Part shown: positions 33,427-43,428 of the stretch, piece by piece
How the letters are laid out: each line of letters opens with the position of its first letter
How positions within the stretch are numbered: position 1 is the first letter of the stretch
Assembly: GCA_043805415.1 (NCBI GenBank)
Contig: JAZDHZ010000027.1
Location: 71,542-135,541, forward strand
Length of the DNA stretch: 64,000 nucleotides
From: Candidatus Omnitrophota bacterium
Lineage (GTDB): Bacteria > Omnitrophota > Gorgyraeia > B26-G9
Reading direction: 5' to 3'
The notes under the pieces: model-generated
Databases searched by the model: none
Seen by the model: the letters and a program-made list of their open reading frames with translations, nothing else
Told to the model about the DNA's origin: nothing
Program-made: the position numbers and the translations under genes

Positions 33427-33711
33427 CTATTCTTCCTCGATTATTTTCCACTTCATTCTTTGCTGACTAAAACAAAGCGTATACCGACTATTGTTTGTAT
33501 CACTCACACTGAAAAGCTGAAAAACTTCCTTACCTCTTTTATCCTGCCATTTTAAATTTATATTTTTAATAACATGTTTATTTGAATTCAGAAAAAACCA
33601 AAGCGGGAAAAACCCTTTGGATTTAAATGAAACAACTATGTCCACATTTTCACCCGGCAGATTTTCATCCTGCGGCATAGGCCTATCCCATCTGGCCTGG
33701 GAATTAAACAT
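33427..33711 (-). CDS. Small hypothetical protein coupled to lexA
   Basis: 8-nt overlap with the lexA stop; beta-rich pattern PLWF..W..F.V....Y.L.F.....W. Confidence 0.7.
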   Translation of the reverse strand: MFNSQARWDRPMPQDENLPGENVDIVVSFKSKGFFPLWFFLNSNKHVIKNINLKWQDKRGKEVFQLFSVSDTNNSRYTLCFSQQRMKWKIIEEE

Positions 33712-34291
33712 ATTGCCTGACCGCGGTAATTACTTTGCCGATGATTTGCGAACGTTCATTTAAAGCGATTATGGGATAGTTTTTATTCGCTGGTTCGAGA
33801 AAGAATTTATGCTCTCGGCTCCTTAATGTCTTTACGGTAACCTCGCCATCAATACTACAAACCACAATATCTTTATTCTGAGCACATGGCTGTTTTTTTA
33901 CTAATACTAAATCATCCGGCATAATCCCGGCATCAATCATGCTGTCACCATGTACGCGTAAAAAGAATAACTCATCCTTTTGTGAAAATAATTTATCCAC
34001 ATTAAAATAATCTTCAATATTTTCCAATGCTAAAACAGGCACCCCAGCAGGCACAATCCCTAATATCGGAATTGTCAGCATTGCTTTTTCCGTTAATTCA
34101 ATTGCCCGGGATTTTTTTTCTTCTAAAACAAGATATCCTTTGGCGCATAATGCTTTTAAATAATCTCTGACTGTGCCGGTTGACGAAAACCCGAATTCTG
34201 ATGCGATTTCTCTAATCGTCGGCGGCAAACCATTGCGGATTGTTTTGCGAATAAACATCAATACTTCTTGCTGCTTTGTAGTAAGATCCAT
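33704..34291 (-). CDS. lexA: SOS repressor LexA
   Basis: LTTKQQEVL, PPTIREIA, VPAG cleavage site, GDSM (Ser), VTVK (Lys); AGGAG RBS before the ATG at 34291. Confidence 0.96.
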   Translation of the reverse strand: MDLTTKQQEVLMFIRKTIRNGLPPTIREIASEFGFSSTGTVRDYLKALCAKGYLVLEEKKSRAIELTEKAMLTIPILGIVPAGVPVLALENIEDYFNVDKLFSQKDELFFLRVHGDSMIDAGIMPDDLVLVKKQPCAQNKDIVVCSIDGEVTVKTLRSREHKFFLEPANKNYPIIALNERSQIIGKVITAVRQYV

Positions 34292-34335
34292 TTTAAATTC
34301 TCCTTTTCTTGTGTTTATATTTCCCCTTGGAAATA

Positions 34336-34364
34336 ATACTACCACACATTTGTGTGGATGTCAA
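34336..34364 (-). promoter_or_regulatory. lexA promoter with palindromic operator in the spacer
   Basis: TTGACA-tCCACACAaaTGTGTGG-TAGTAT (17-nt spacer). Confidence 0.8.
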
Positions 34365-34546
34365 GAAAAATAGGACACAAAGTCACAAGGCACATGCTTT
34401 TCCTAATTCCTAAATCCTAATTACCATCAGCAAAATATTTTATATCAATAAATTGCGATAATAAAACCAATAAAGACAATCATATTAAAATTACAGATTG
34501 ATTTTAGGATTAAAAAATAAGCTACCGCGGGCACTGGGGGGGGCTA

Positions 34547-35473
34547 TTATTTCAAAACTTTAAGTTTTACAGAGATCAGCTGCTTAAAAGCTTGTTCTTG
34601 CCAAGCCAGAGAATTATCGGGATTAGGATATAATTCCACATTGGGAGTAGCTTTTTCCAACTGACCAATGCCGGCTAAGGCAGAATGTAATTTTAGAAAA
34701 TCAGTATAGGAAATTTTAAATAAAAAAATCTGGCTATTTTCCTGCTTTTCTTCCTTAAGCTCCTCTACATCGGATAATGAAAGGATCTCTTTGATTCTGC
34801 TAATATTGTTCTGCGTGTCTAAGCTTAAAATTAAAACCTGCTCTTTATTAGCTTTAATATATCGGTTTTCTTGGCCATTAATATTACTTATTGTTTTATC
34901 TGCCGGAGCTTGTTCTAATCGACTATCTGAACCTGCTATTCCATTTTTCAACTCTTTTATTGGCGTAATTGCCGGTTCACTGAGCATCAGGCTTTCTTGT
35001 TTCGTTTGCGTTGCTTTAGCTTTTCCTGCAGCAAAACCCTGTTGCTGACTTTCCACGCTTGGGGCATAGGCAGATAAAGCCTGCTGTTTCAAAGCCATTG
35101 AGCCATCAGTTCCTGCTGTTTTTTTAGGCTGCAGATTCAGCTGACTGGTAAGCGCAAAAACCAGGAGCAAACTAACCATTAAAGCATAAATTCTTACTGG
35201 TTGTTTTTGAAAAAACAGCGCTCTTATCCCGTTTAAAACTTTATCCAAAAAAGGCAGCTGATCCAAACGCTTATTTACATTCTCCACAAAATCAGCCGGA
35301 GGATTAATCGCTTTAATCTTATGCATCATATTAACCATCTCAGTTATCGACTCAAGCGATTGAGCGCAAGCCGGACAATCTTCAATATGCTTGGTCATGA
35401 TTTTCTGCTGCTTTTGATCTAATTCATGATCAAGAAATTTTGAAAGTAGTTTTTTACAATCTTTGCAATCCAT
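34547..35473 (-). CDS. Zinc-finger (zf-HC2) anti-sigma factor
   Basis: MDCKDCKKLLSKFLDHEL...HIEDCPAC, single TM; follows the ECF sigma gene. Confidence 0.88.
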   Translation of the reverse strand: MDCKDCKKLLSKFLDHELDQKQQKIMTKHIEDCPACAQSLESITEMVNMMHKIKAINPPADFVENVNKRLDQLPFLDKVLNGIRALFFQKQPVRIYALMVSLLLVFALTSQLNLQPKKTAGTDGSMALKQQALSAYAPSVESQQQGFAAGKAKATQTKQESLMLSEPAITPIKELKNGIAGSDSRLEQAPADKTISNINGQENRYIKANKEQVLILSLDTQNNISRIKEILSLSDVEELKEEKQENSQIFLFKISYTDFLKLHSALAGIGQLEKATPNVELYPNPDNSLAWQEQAFKQLISVKLKVLK

Positions 35474-35474
35474 A

Positions 35475-36134
35475 TTACAACACTTCCTCTAATATATCCG
35501 CTAACATACCTCTGGCCCGATGCAGCCGGGATTTTACTGTTCCCAGATTAGTTGCTAAGAGCTGGGAGATTTGTTCATAAGTTAATTGCTGAATGTCCCG
35601 CAAAACAATAACTTCCCGAAAATCATACTCTAGGCTATTTAAGGCGCATTGGATTAGCTCATTCAGCTCTTTATCTAAAATTGCTTGCTCCGGAGATGTC
35701 CTGAGATCAGGAATCTCTCTTTGCCCAGAAGAATCATCTACCCCAAAATAAGGCGCATCTAAGGAAACGCCGCGGCTATTATCCCGCGCTGTTTTTTTCA
35801 TTTTATTGCGGCTTAGATTAATTGTTATCGCGTAAAGCCAACTAAGGAATCTTGCGTTAAACTTAAACCCTTTAATCCCTTTAAAAGCACGCACAAACAC
35901 ATCTTGCGCTATTTCATCAGCCTGATGATAGTCGCCAAATACGCGAAAAGCAATATTAAATACCTGATGATGATATTTGAGCATTAATTGATTAAACGCT
36001 TGCCTATTGCCCTGCTGCACGCTCAAAATCAGCTCTTTTTCCTGCGCTATCTGATCTTGACCTTGCTTGCTGTCAATGCTATTATTATTTTCTTCTTTCA
36101 CTGTATTAGACAATCTTCCCACACAAAAGTTCAT
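35475..36134 (-). CDS. ECF RNA polymerase sigma factor
   Basis: ADEIAQDVFVRAF, FLSWLYAITIN, LTYEQIS..LGTVKSRLHRAR. Confidence 0.93.
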   Translation of the reverse strand: MNFCVGRLSNTVKEENNNSIDSKQGQDQIAQEKELILSVQQGNRQAFNQLMLKYHHQVFNIAFRVFGDYHQADEIAQDVFVRAFKGIKGFKFNARFLSWLYAITINLSRNKMKKTARDNSRGVSLDAPYFGVDDSSGQREIPDLRTSPEQAILDKELNELIQCALNSLEYDFREVIVLRDIQQLTYEQISQLLATNLGTVKSRLHRARGMLADILEEVL

Positions 36135-36151
36135 TAAGTTATGAATTAATT

Positions 36152-37459
36152 TCAGCTGCCGGGTTTACCCAGAAGTTTAAACATTTTTTTCTTATAAGCT
36201 TCAACACCAGGTTGATTAAATGGATTTACCCCTGAAAGTAATCCAGACATAGCTGTAGTTTTTTCAAAGAAATAAAATAACTGACCTAAATGAAAAGCGC
36301 TGCGTTTGGGGATACTGATCGTCATATTCGGAACTTTACCTTCATAATGAGCGCTTGCCGTTGCCTCATAGGCTTTATGATTAACATAGTCCAGATCTTT
36401 GCCTGCCAAGTAATTTAAACCATCAAGATCATCTTTAAATTTAGGCACTTTTATTTTAGCCATAGATTGTTCCACAACCAGAAAAGTTTCAAAGATATTC
36501 CGCTCCCCATCTTGAATCATTTGACCCAGAGAATGCAGATCAGTAGTAAATTCACAGGAAGCGGTAAAAATTCCCTTGCCGTCTTTTCCTTCGCTTTCGC
36601 CAAAAAGCTGTTTCCACCATTCGCCGATAGAGCGCAAATTAGGATGGAAACCGGAAAGCATTTCGATTTTCTTACCTTTTTTATAAAGGATGTGCCTGAT
36701 TCCGGCGTATTTATAGGCCGGGTTTTTATTAATATCTAAAACATTACATTTATTTTCAAAATCCTTTGCCCCATTTAAAAGTTCACGAATATCAATCCCG
36801 GCAACTGCTATCGGCAGCAATCCCACCGGAGTTAATACGGAAAATCTTCCACCCACATCATCAGGAATAATAAATGTTTTATACCCTTCACTTTCTGCCA
36901 GCTTGCGCAAAGCGCCTTTGGCAGCGTCGGTAGTCGCGATAATCTTATTTTTTATATTTTTCTTTCCGTACATCTTTTCCAGATATTGCTTTAAAATCCG
37001 AAAAACCACAGCTGTTTCGGTTGTTGTTCCGGATTTGGATATAACATTAATAATAACTTTCTTGCCTTTGATCGCTTTAAACATATCATCCAAATAATCC
37101 GCGCTCAGATTCTGTCCGCCAAAATATATCTTCGGATTTTCCGTTGTCAGTTCATTGGCGAAATTAGGTTTTAAGAAATCTATTGTCGCTTTAGAGCCTA
37201 AATACGATCCGCCGATGCCCAGACAAATAAAAACATCACAGTTTTTTCTTATTTTTTTAGCAGTTGCTTGAATATCACTTACCAGAGCATCAGGGATATT
37301 TGATGGCAAATTAAGCCAGCCGATAAAGTCATTTCCCGGGCACTGCTTAGTTGCCAATTCTTTATGCACCAGCTTGATTGGTTTAGCAACTGCCTTTAAT
37401 TCTTCAGCAGAAACATATCCCTTACAATTAGTGGTAATTAATTTAATATCTGTCATCAA
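36152..37459 (-). CDS. pgi: Glucose-6-phosphate isomerase
   Basis: GIGGSYLG, SKSGTTTET, VGGRFSVLT, QLFGESEGK, DLHSLGQ, FNQPGVEAYK. Confidence 0.97.
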   Translation of the reverse strand: MMTDIKLITTNCKGYVSAEELKAVAKPIKLVHKELATKQCPGNDFIGWLNLPSNIPDALVSDIQATAKKIRKNCDVFICLGIGGSYLGSKATIDFLKPNFANELTTENPKIYFGGQNLSADYLDDMFKAIKGKKVIINVISKSGTTTETAVVFRILKQYLEKMYGKKNIKNKIIATTDAAKGALRKLAESEGYKTFIIPDDVGGRFSVLTPVGLLPIAVAGIDIRELLNGAKDFENKCNVLDINKNPAYKYAGIRHILYKKGKKIEMLSGFHPNLRSIGEWWKQLFGESEGKDGKGIFTASCEFTTDLHSLGQMIQDGERNIFETFLVVEQSMAKIKVPKFKDDLDGLNYLAGKDLDYVNHKAYEATASAHYEGKVPNMTISIPKRSAFHLGQLFYFFEKTTAMSGLLSGVNPFNQPGVEAYKKKMFKLLGKPGS

Positions 37460-37615
37460 TTTCCTCCGGTTTAAGATTAATTTACTTAAGCATAGCCAAA
37501 CTTGCCATATTCTGCTTATTAAAATTTTATAAGTGTTTACATTTTATCATTGTCTTAAAATATTGACAAGATTATTGTTACCTTAGATTTTTTGAGGGGA
37601 TTTAGCAAAAAATTT

Positions 37616-38707
37616 CTAAAAATCTCGATATTCGCGGCGAATAAAAAGACCACTTGCTACAGGATCTAAAAATAGTTTTAAGAAATAATTCACGTCTTTT
37701 ACAAATCTACGCGGAACATAAATTATATCTTCTGATTCTAATATCAGGTTATCGCTTAAATCAGCTAGTTTTAAAGCCTTATTTAAATCAAGCCGTTTAG
37801 GCTCAGGTTTTTTCAAACCACCTTTAACTAGGATTACACTCCTAGTGACAGCATCTTCAGTAAATCCACCGGATAAGCCAACTGCTTCTAATATGGTCTT
37901 TCCCGCGGCTAAGGTATATACTCCCGGGCTATTTACCTGACCTAGGATAATAACTCTATTGCCGGCAAAAGTATTCACTGAAACAGATACTTGTGGATAT
38001 TTGATAAACTCACGCAATCCTTGCGTTAAAATTTCAGTAAAATCACTAATTGTCTTGCCAGCAGCTTTAACTTCTCCGACCAAAGAAAAGGATATTAAAC
38101 CGTCAGGACGGACAATAACCTGATCATCCAAATCGGGATTCTGCCAAACCTTGATCCCCAGGACATCCCCATTGCCGATTACATATTTAGAACTACTTTT
38201 TTGGTTTAAATCAGGACTGTTTGGGAAAACACTTAAACTTACTTCAGGAGGAGAAAGTACTGCTTTTTCTTCTTTTTTAATATCAGAAATAGCCTTTTGA
38301 AATTCGTCTTGGGCTTCACTAAACCGCCCCTGATTATAAAGAATCAAGCCTCTTTTATAATGCTGATCATTTTCCTTTTCCGTGGCATGAATTGCTTTTT
38401 GAAATTCATTTTCCGCTTCTTTAAACTTGCCTTGCTCATAAAAACTTAAACCTTTTTTATAATAATCCTGCTTCTCCGTATTTGTTTGAAGTATTGCTTT
38501 CTGAAATTCCTGCTCAGCTTCTTTATACTGCCCGGATTTATAAAAAAAAAGCCCTTTTTGATAATGATCCTCACTCTGAGCTGAATCTGAATCAGCATAG
38601 CCACGCTGCCCAAAGAAACACAAACAGGCAATAACTGTAATTAAGCCGATAAAAAAAGAATGTTTCGAAAACAGCTGATGGGTTTTATTTGCTTGGGAAT
38701 TTTTCAT
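37616..38707 (-). CDS. Polysaccharide export (Wza/SLBB) protein with three N-terminal TPR-like repeats
   Basis: YVIGNGDVLGIKVW..VRPDGLISFSLVGEVKAAGKT (Poly_export), GQVNSPG..SGGFT (SLBB); 3x (H/Y)YxKGLxxYxxGxxxEAxxEFQKAI. Confidence 0.88.
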   Translation of the reverse strand: MKNSQANKTHQLFSKHSFFIGLITVIACLCFFGQRGYADSDSAQSEDHYQKGLFFYKSGQYKEAEQEFQKAILQTNTEKQDYYKKGLSFYEQGKFKEAENEFQKAIHATEKENDQHYKRGLILYNQGRFSEAQDEFQKAISDIKKEEKAVLSPPEVSLSVFPNSPDLNQKSSSKYVIGNGDVLGIKVWQNPDLDDQVIVRPDGLISFSLVGEVKAAGKTISDFTEILTQGLREFIKYPQVSVSVNTFAGNRVIILGQVNSPGVYTLAAGKTILEAVGLSGGFTEDAVTRSVILVKGGLKKPEPKRLDLNKALKLADLSDNLILESEDIIYVPRRFVKDVNYFLKLFLDPVASGLFIRREYRDF

Positions 38708-38725
38708 TTCTATATTTTAGGACTC

Positions 38726-41716
38726 TTATTCATTTATAAAACCAGCCTTTTCTTCTCTTAAGCTAATTATTTCCTCTGCCATTACAACTTTTTCGCTTTC
38801 ACTCTTTTCCAGATCAGCTCTTACAGCATTAAGCGTTTTTTCCAAATCTTTTATTTTTAGATTCTGTTCTTTCATTTGATCAAATAGCTTTTGGTATTTT
38901 TCCATGATTTGCTGTTTTTGATTAGATAATTCTGCTATCTGATCAATTACTTCTTGGTTAGAATCTGTCTTAATAGTTGTCTGACTCTGCAGATCAGCTA
39001 TTTTTGCCTGAGCAGCCGCTAATTGAGAAGATATCTCCTGTCTTTGATTATTTGAAGACGCGATTTCTGATCGCAATTGAATTTGCACGCTCTCTTTTTC
39101 TTTTAACAATGCTTCCAGTTGTTTTAATTGTTCAGTTAAAGAGTTAATATCATTGCTGCTTTGTTTAATCTCCGCGAGTTCTGCTACCACTGCTTTACTT
39201 TTACTTGTTAAGTCTTTTTCTATTTTAGCCAGCTCTTCGGCTTTGGCCTGCGCCGCAGAGAGATTAGTTTGGGTATTTTTTAATGCATTTTCTAAAACAA
39301 CTAAATCCTGATTTTTTTGTTTAAGTTCAGCTTCCGCGTTCTGAAACTGATTTTTTAATTGATCATAAGACGCGCGCAACGCATTATTTTCCGCTAATAT
39401 CTCTTTCTGACTGCTTTTCGTGTTTCCTAAATCATTGATTTTTTTAGTTAAAACTTCGATCTCTTTTTGCTTACTTGATATTTGCTTAAGTTGCTCTTGG
39501 GTCTGAGCTGCTAAAGCTAGCTTTTCCTGCATAATCAGCTTTTTATCTGCTTCTAAACTATCGGCTTTAGCTGCTATTGCTTGTTTGCCCTGTTCAACAC
39601 CACTCAGCTGCTTACCCAGCGCGTCTAACTGTTTATTCTGTTCAGCATTCAGCTGGATTAGTTTATTATTTTTTTCTATTATAACTTCAAACTCTTTTCC
39701 CTTGGCTAAAAGATCATTTTTTAATAAGGAAACTGTGTTCTCGACTTTAGCCAAAGATTTATTCTGACTAGCAAGCCCCACATTTTCTTTTGCTAAAGCA
39801 TCAAGCTCTATTCTCAACTTCGCGATCTTAGCTTCCAAATCAGCACGTTCAAGGTTTATTTTAGCAAAATCCTTGCTCATTTTTTCAGATTCAAGCTTAG
39901 AATTATTAAGGTCGGTTTTAAGTTTTTCCTGTTCCAAACTTGCTGTCTGATTTTGTTGTGCAAGATTATCGCGTTTTGAATTAATATTTTTATTTTCTTC
40001 CTCTAATGAAGAGATGTTCTTATTTAAAACAAGTATTTGCGACTCTAAATCTTTCTTAACTTTTTGGGTTTCTTTTAACTGCTGACTCAAATCATCTTTA
40101 ACTTCATTTGATTTTGCGATCAAAGTCTCTAATTCGCTGATTCTTTTTTCTAATTTTTCCGCGGAAGAATTCTTTTTTCCGGAAATAGATTTTTCTTGCT
40201 CCAGCGCCTTATTCGTTTTTTCAAGCATACTATTCTTCGTTAAAATACTATCTTTTTCTTGCTGATTCAAAGCAAGTTCTTTATCAATGCGCGCAATCTG
40301 CGCGTCCTTTTTAATAATATCTGCGTCTTGCGATTTTAGGGTTTGCTTAACTTGGTTTAATTCTGACTGCAGATTTTCAATCTTTTCTAATTCTTGTTTA
40401 TAATCCCGCGCAAGCTTTTCTTTTTCTTTAGCAAGAGCATCTTTTTGTTCTTGCAAACCTTTGCTATTATTTTGAGTAAGCAGAATTTGTTTATTTAGCT
40501 CCTCATTTTTCTTATTTAATCCAGCCAATTCAGCTTCAAGCGTTTGTGTTTTTTCCGCTTTATCATCCAAAGAAGCTTGCATTGCTTTAAGCTTATTCTC
40601 AAGCTGCGCTACAACTTTATCGTCTTTTGCCTGTGTTTCTGTTTCAGCCAAAAACGCTTCTTTTTCTTTTTGGATTTGAGCGATTTGATTTTTTGCTTGC
40701 TCGAGCTCTTGTTTTTTCTGATCAAGCTGAACCTGCATTTGTTTTATCTGCTCAGTTACTTGTCCGGAATCAGCACTTTTACCGGCTAATTCTTCTTGCT
40801 GTTTTTCTAATGTCATAATAATTTGTTCAAACAACTTATTCTCGAGAACAATCTTTTGTTTTTCACTTTCTTTAAGCCCAAGGTCTTCTTCGGCTTTTTT
40901 AATATCATGCTGCAATTGTTCTTGTTTTTTATTTTGCGCTAAATTGCTTTCATTTACTTTTCTTAGCGCTTCCTCTAAATTATTCTTTTCCGCTTTAAGG
41001 ATTTCATAATGCTCAAGCTGATCCCTAATAGATAATGCCGGCTTTTCCTCATAAGCTTCTTTTTTAGCTCCAAACAAACCTCCTAAAAAAGTATTATCGC
41101 TAGTTACTACCGGTTTAATCGTGACATCTTTTTTTTGATATAAATCTATCAGCTCTTGTTTGACAACTAAAAGTTCTTCTGCTAAAGATTTTTTCTCATT
41201 ATTAACAGTTTCGATCAAAACCTGGTCTTGCTGCAGCCGCTCATCTTTATTTATTAAAGTTAGTTCTAATTGTTTTATCTTCTGAAACAGCTCTTCTTGG
41301 GGCTTGTTCTTTTTCTTTAGCTTGGCATTAGCCTTTTCTAATTTATCCTGAAATTCTTTTCTTTCTTTTTTTATTCTTTTAATCTCGTTTTGTAATAATT
41401 CGTTTTCATTATCTAAACGTTCACTGTCATTGATTATTTTTCTAGCATCTTTACCTGAATCGCTTTGCTTTGGGATTTCGCTTAACTCTTTTTTAATTAT
41501 AACTCCAGCCGGATTTTCACTCGCATGCAGCACTTGTCTTGCTTTTTCAAACTCAGTCTGAGCTTCTTTATACTTACCCAGTTTATATAATTCCTGAGCT
41601 CTAATATAATGCTTATCATATTCTTGCGAATAAGCAGAAGCTAAATTACAGAAAATAAATACAACTGCGCATAAAATCACACTTAAAACTATGTTTCTTT
41701 TTTTAAAGCTAAGCAT
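38726..41716 (-). CDS. Exported 996-aa coiled-coil protein with an N-terminal TPR-like helix pair
   Basis: Signal peptide; HYIRAQELYKLGKYKEAQTEFEKA; remainder E/K/Q/L-rich heptads. Confidence 0.8.
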   Translation of the reverse strand: MLSFKKRNIVLSVILCAVVFIFCNLASAYSQEYDKHYIRAQELYKLGKYKEAQTEFEKARQVLHASENPAGVIIKKELSEIPKQSDSGKDARKIINDSERLDNENELLQNEIKRIKKERKEFQDKLEKANAKLKKKNKPQEELFQKIKQLELTLINKDERLQQDQVLIETVNNEKKSLAEELLVVKQELIDLYQKKDVTIKPVVTSDNTFLGGLFGAKKEAYEEKPALSIRDQLEHYEILKAEKNNLEEALRKVNESNLAQNKKQEQLQHDIKKAEEDLGLKESEKQKIVLENKLFEQIIMTLEKQQEELAGKSADSGQVTEQIKQMQVQLDQKKQELEQAKNQIAQIQKEKEAFLAETETQAKDDKVVAQLENKLKAMQASLDDKAEKTQTLEAELAGLNKKNEELNKQILLTQNNSKGLQEQKDALAKEKEKLARDYKQELEKIENLQSELNQVKQTLKSQDADIIKKDAQIARIDKELALNQQEKDSILTKNSMLEKTNKALEQEKSISGKKNSSAEKLEKRISELETLIAKSNEVKDDLSQQLKETQKVKKDLESQILVLNKNISSLEEENKNINSKRDNLAQQNQTASLEQEKLKTDLNNSKLESEKMSKDFAKINLERADLEAKIAKLRIELDALAKENVGLASQNKSLAKVENTVSLLKNDLLAKGKEFEVIIEKNNKLIQLNAEQNKQLDALGKQLSGVEQGKQAIAAKADSLEADKKLIMQEKLALAAQTQEQLKQISSKQKEIEVLTKKINDLGNTKSSQKEILAENNALRASYDQLKNQFQNAEAELKQKNQDLVVLENALKNTQTNLSAAQAKAEELAKIEKDLTSKSKAVVAELAEIKQSSNDINSLTEQLKQLEALLKEKESVQIQLRSEIASSNNQRQEISSQLAAAQAKIADLQSQTTIKTDSNQEVIDQIAELSNQKQQIMEKYQKLFDQMKEQNLKIKDLEKTLNAVRADLEKSESEKVVMAEEIISLREEKAGFINE

Positions 41717-41738
41717 TATTTATTCCCCCGACAAAAAC

Positions 41739-43418
41739 TCAGTTCCCCATTAATAGTTCGATTTCTTTTTTTAATTTATCTGCTTTAATTTTATCTTCTG
41801 AAGTGTTTTCCTGTTTTTTAAAACGCTCAACCATATTTTCTTGCAAAGTGATATTTAACTGTGTTGAGCGGCTTAGATCTTCCAATGTTCTTTTTTGACG
41901 TTGCTGAATATCCACAAGCTCTTGTTGTTTTACTTGAAATTCCGCTTTTAATATCGCCAGTTCGCTTTTCAGGCTTAAGATATCTTTATTCTTAGCGATA
42001 ATTTCTTCTTCCCTGCGCGATAAAAGCTCGCTCATCTGAAGCATCTGGTTCTTCAGGTTAGAATAGAGCATATTGGCATTGTTAAATTCTTTATCTTGAT
42101 AGAATCCGCGTTCTTCTAAACTCTGTTTTGCCCTAGCTAATGCCGCTAACTCTTCATCTTTTCTTTTTAATGCCGATTCCTTATCCACCAAGGAATCATT
42201 AAGCATCTTAATTCTATCTTTAAGCAAAGCATATTGTCTGGCTTCAGTCGCCCCTTCGGGAAAAGATAAATCTGATCCGGCTTTAAGCGTCTTTTCTAAT
42301 TCACTAATTCTCTGTTTGGATGTTTCCAGTTCAACTTCCTTACTCATTAAAAGTTCTGAAAATTTAACTACCTGGGCTTTAGCTGTATCATAAAGAGCAT
42401 AAGCTTTGTTTAAATCTGGTTGCCCTGATTTAAGCGGAACCTCACCAATGGGTGGTAATATATCCGCAAAGGAATCTTTCTTCAAGGCATTAATAATTTT
42501 TTCTTGTTCTTTTAATTTTTTCTCAGCCTCGGCGAGATCTTGTTCCGCCAAATCTCGCTCGCTTTCGATTTTCTTGATATTACGCGCTTTTCTCTGTACA
42601 TCTAATAACTCTTCTTCAAGACTTGCTATTTTTTCACTTTGAAGATTTAATTTTTCATTTATTTTAGACCTTGCGCTGCTAAACTGGACAACCTCTCTGT
42701 TGAGCGAACTTCTTTGCGATTCTTTTTCTTTGAGCTGGCTGCGTAAATCATCAATTTGCGCTTTTAATTTATCATTCGGAGTTTGCGCTGATATCTTTAA
42801 TGCTTGCTCTAATTTAGTCTCAACTTTTCCCATTTCCGTTTCAAGCTTAGCTATTTTTTTTTCTAGAATTTTTTTCTCTTTATTCGAGTTAGCATTTTCC
42901 TGAACAAGATTTTTAATCTCGCTGTCTTTTTCTTTTAATAATTTATCAGTTTTCTCTATTTTTTCTAAATAGCCGCGAATTGTCTTATCGCTTTTCGTGG
43001 CATTTAACTCATCTTTAACCTCTTTCAAGGTTTCCAAAGTTTTAGTAAATTCGCGAGTAAGGGAATTTACCCGATTATTTAGACTTAGATTTGATTCCTG
43101 CAAAGAATCCTTTTCTTTTTTAACTTGCGAATATGAAACGTCAAGCGTTTGAAGTTTTTTTTCATTTTCCGCATATTGTTCTTTAATATTTTTTACATCT
43201 GACAGCCCAGCAAGTTCTTTTTTAAGTACTGAGATCAGCGTTTCTTCTTCGTTTTTTTCAATAGTTAGAGCTACTTTTTCCTTAAATAATAATTCAGCAC
43301 GCTTTGCTAATATTTCCGCTCTATTTTTCGTTTCGATAAAGCGGAATACAAAAAATATAACTCCGCCTGCTACTAATATTAATAGGAAAAACGCTATTCC
43401 TTTTAAGAATTTACTCAT
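41739..43418 (-). CDS. Membrane-anchored long coiled-coil protein
   Basis: N-terminal TM then ~500 aa heptad-rich sequence. Confidence 0.8.
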   Translation of the reverse strand: MSKFLKGIAFFLLILVAGGVIFFVFRFIETKNRAEILAKRAELLFKEKVALTIEKNEEETLISVLKKELAGLSDVKNIKEQYAENEKKLQTLDVSYSQVKKEKDSLQESNLSLNNRVNSLTREFTKTLETLKEVKDELNATKSDKTIRGYLEKIEKTDKLLKEKDSEIKNLVQENANSNKEKKILEKKIAKLETEMGKVETKLEQALKISAQTPNDKLKAQIDDLRSQLKEKESQRSSLNREVVQFSSARSKINEKLNLQSEKIASLEEELLDVQRKARNIKKIESERDLAEQDLAEAEKKLKEQEKIINALKKDSFADILPPIGEVPLKSGQPDLNKAYALYDTAKAQVVKFSELLMSKEVELETSKQRISELEKTLKAGSDLSFPEGATEARQYALLKDRIKMLNDSLVDKESALKRKDEELAALARAKQSLEERGFYQDKEFNNANMLYSNLKNQMLQMSELLSRREEEIIAKNKDILSLKSELAILKAEFQVKQQELVDIQQRQKRTLEDLSRSTQLNITLQENMVERFKKQENTSEDKIKADKLKKEIELLMGN

Positions 43419-43428
43419 TAGGATTCTC

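Noticed and set aside
38726-43418. SMC/chromosome segregation proteins
   Set aside because: No Walker A/B or hinge motif; signal or TM N-termini indicate envelope proteins.
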